From positions 10,997 to 74,996 of the forward strand of contig JBARNC010000052.1 in assembly GCA_049802775.1 (NCBI GenBank): a stretch of DNA of 64,000 bases, given 5' to 3'. Every line of letters begins with the position of its first letter. The first letter of the stretch is position 1. The notes below the pieces were generated by a model. It was given only the letters and a program-made list of their open reading frames with translations, made no database searches and was not told where the DNA came from. Of the stretch, positions 63,765-64,000 are shown one piece after another. This DNA comes from Pseudolabrys sp. GTDB taxonomy: Bacteria > Pseudomonadota > Alphaproteobacteria > Rhizobiales > Xanthobacteraceae. Position numbers and translations under genes: made by a program.

Positions 63765-64000
63765 TTAACGGTCTATCCCGGCGAGGCCGCTGAGTTTAAG
63801 CAGCTGGCGCAGTGAGTTGAGCAGGATCACCTGCTGGCCTCCCGCGTAGGCAAGCGGCGGCTTCACGCCCCACACCGGCTTAGGCCAAGCCGCGTCGGTG
63901 CGCCAACGCGCAATAACATGCACGTGTAGTTGCGGCACCTGGTTGCCGAGCGCGGCGATGTTGAGCTTGTCGCATTCGGTGATGGTTTTCAGCGCACGCG
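63765..64000 (-). CDS. HIT-family protein, C-terminal part (5' end beyond the window)
   Basis: Hand translation of the minus strand gives ...CDKLNIAALGNQVPQLHVHVIARWRTDAAWPKPVWG...GIDR*, with the histidine triad HVHVI. It is absent from the ORF track because there is no start in the window. Confidence 0.8.
   Translation of the reverse strand, partial: RALKTITECDKLNIAALGNQVPQLHVHVIARWRTDAAWPKPVWGVKPPLAYAGGQQVILLNSLRQLLKLSGLAGIDR

Noticed and set aside
1-64000. Upstream extensions of many track ORFs (e.g. 2994..4082, 15532..16245, 18591..19418, 23251..24060, 24731..26101, 26869..28212, 41939..42763, 43488.., 45298.., 51992..52954, 52837..54282, 57174..58547)
   Set aside because: The extra N-terminal residues overlap the preceding gene or are Arg/Pro-rich nonsense. 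Internal ATG/GTG starts with SD sequences, signal peptides or conserved family N-termini fit better, so starts were reset.
1-64000. CRISPR arrays, tRNA/rRNA genes, IS elements, integrases, prophage or defence-system genes
   Set aside because: No regularly spaced repeats, tRNA-like T-arm/acceptor signatures, transposase, recombinase or phage-type ORFs were seen by eye. tRNAscan, Infernal and ISfinder searches would confirm.

Overview
This is a GC-rich (roughly 60% by eye) alphaproteobacterial chromosome segment. Protein sequences and local synteny (chvI-chvG-hprK-EIIA(Man)-NPr-ahcY with pckA nearby; cycM-kdsB-pheA) suggest a Nitrobacteraceae/Bradyrhizobiaceae-like member of the Hyphomicrobiales; this placement is inference only. 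The window is densely packed with about 58 protein-coding genes, almost all core or housekeeping. They include a modABC molybdate importer, a GMC oxidoreductase, an orphan AceE-like E1 enzyme, and peptidoglycan enzymes (MepA, an L,D-transpeptidase, an MltB-like transglycosylase and a cytoplasmic C40 peptidase). Also present are lepA, ahcY, the ChvG/ChvI two-component system with the regulatory PTS, pckA, a livKHMGF-type amino-acid importer plus an M20 deacylase, polA, ugd, hrpB, a PMM/PGM, pheA, kdsB and cycM. The rest comprises a yejA-yejA-yejB-yejE-yejF peptide importer, an flp pilin with its prepilin peptidase, an Lrp / rhodanese / YeeE sulfur module, and a pfkB-nudC-nitrilase-heptosyltransferase-HIT run. 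I saw no rRNA, tRNA, CRISPR array, transposase, integrase or phage genes, and no obvious defence island. I did not find a convincing novel multi-gene system. The best leads are: (1) yejB split by a frameshift at a G6 run, inside a neighbourhood that looks like murein-peptide import and catabolism; (2) a ~47-nt palindromic element present twice, ~37 kb apart, in 5' leader regions; (3) an flp-cpaA pair with an Ala at the pilin cleavage position and no assembly genes nearby; (4) an internally deleted retropepsin-like protease gene; (5) modABC followed by a signal-less BtuF-fold protein and a small membrane protein; (6) a rhodanese-YeeE pair followed by a 50-codon Cys-rich ORF. Many long ORFs in the supplied track are antisense or upstream-extension artefacts of the GC-rich sequence, so several starts were re-set by hand.
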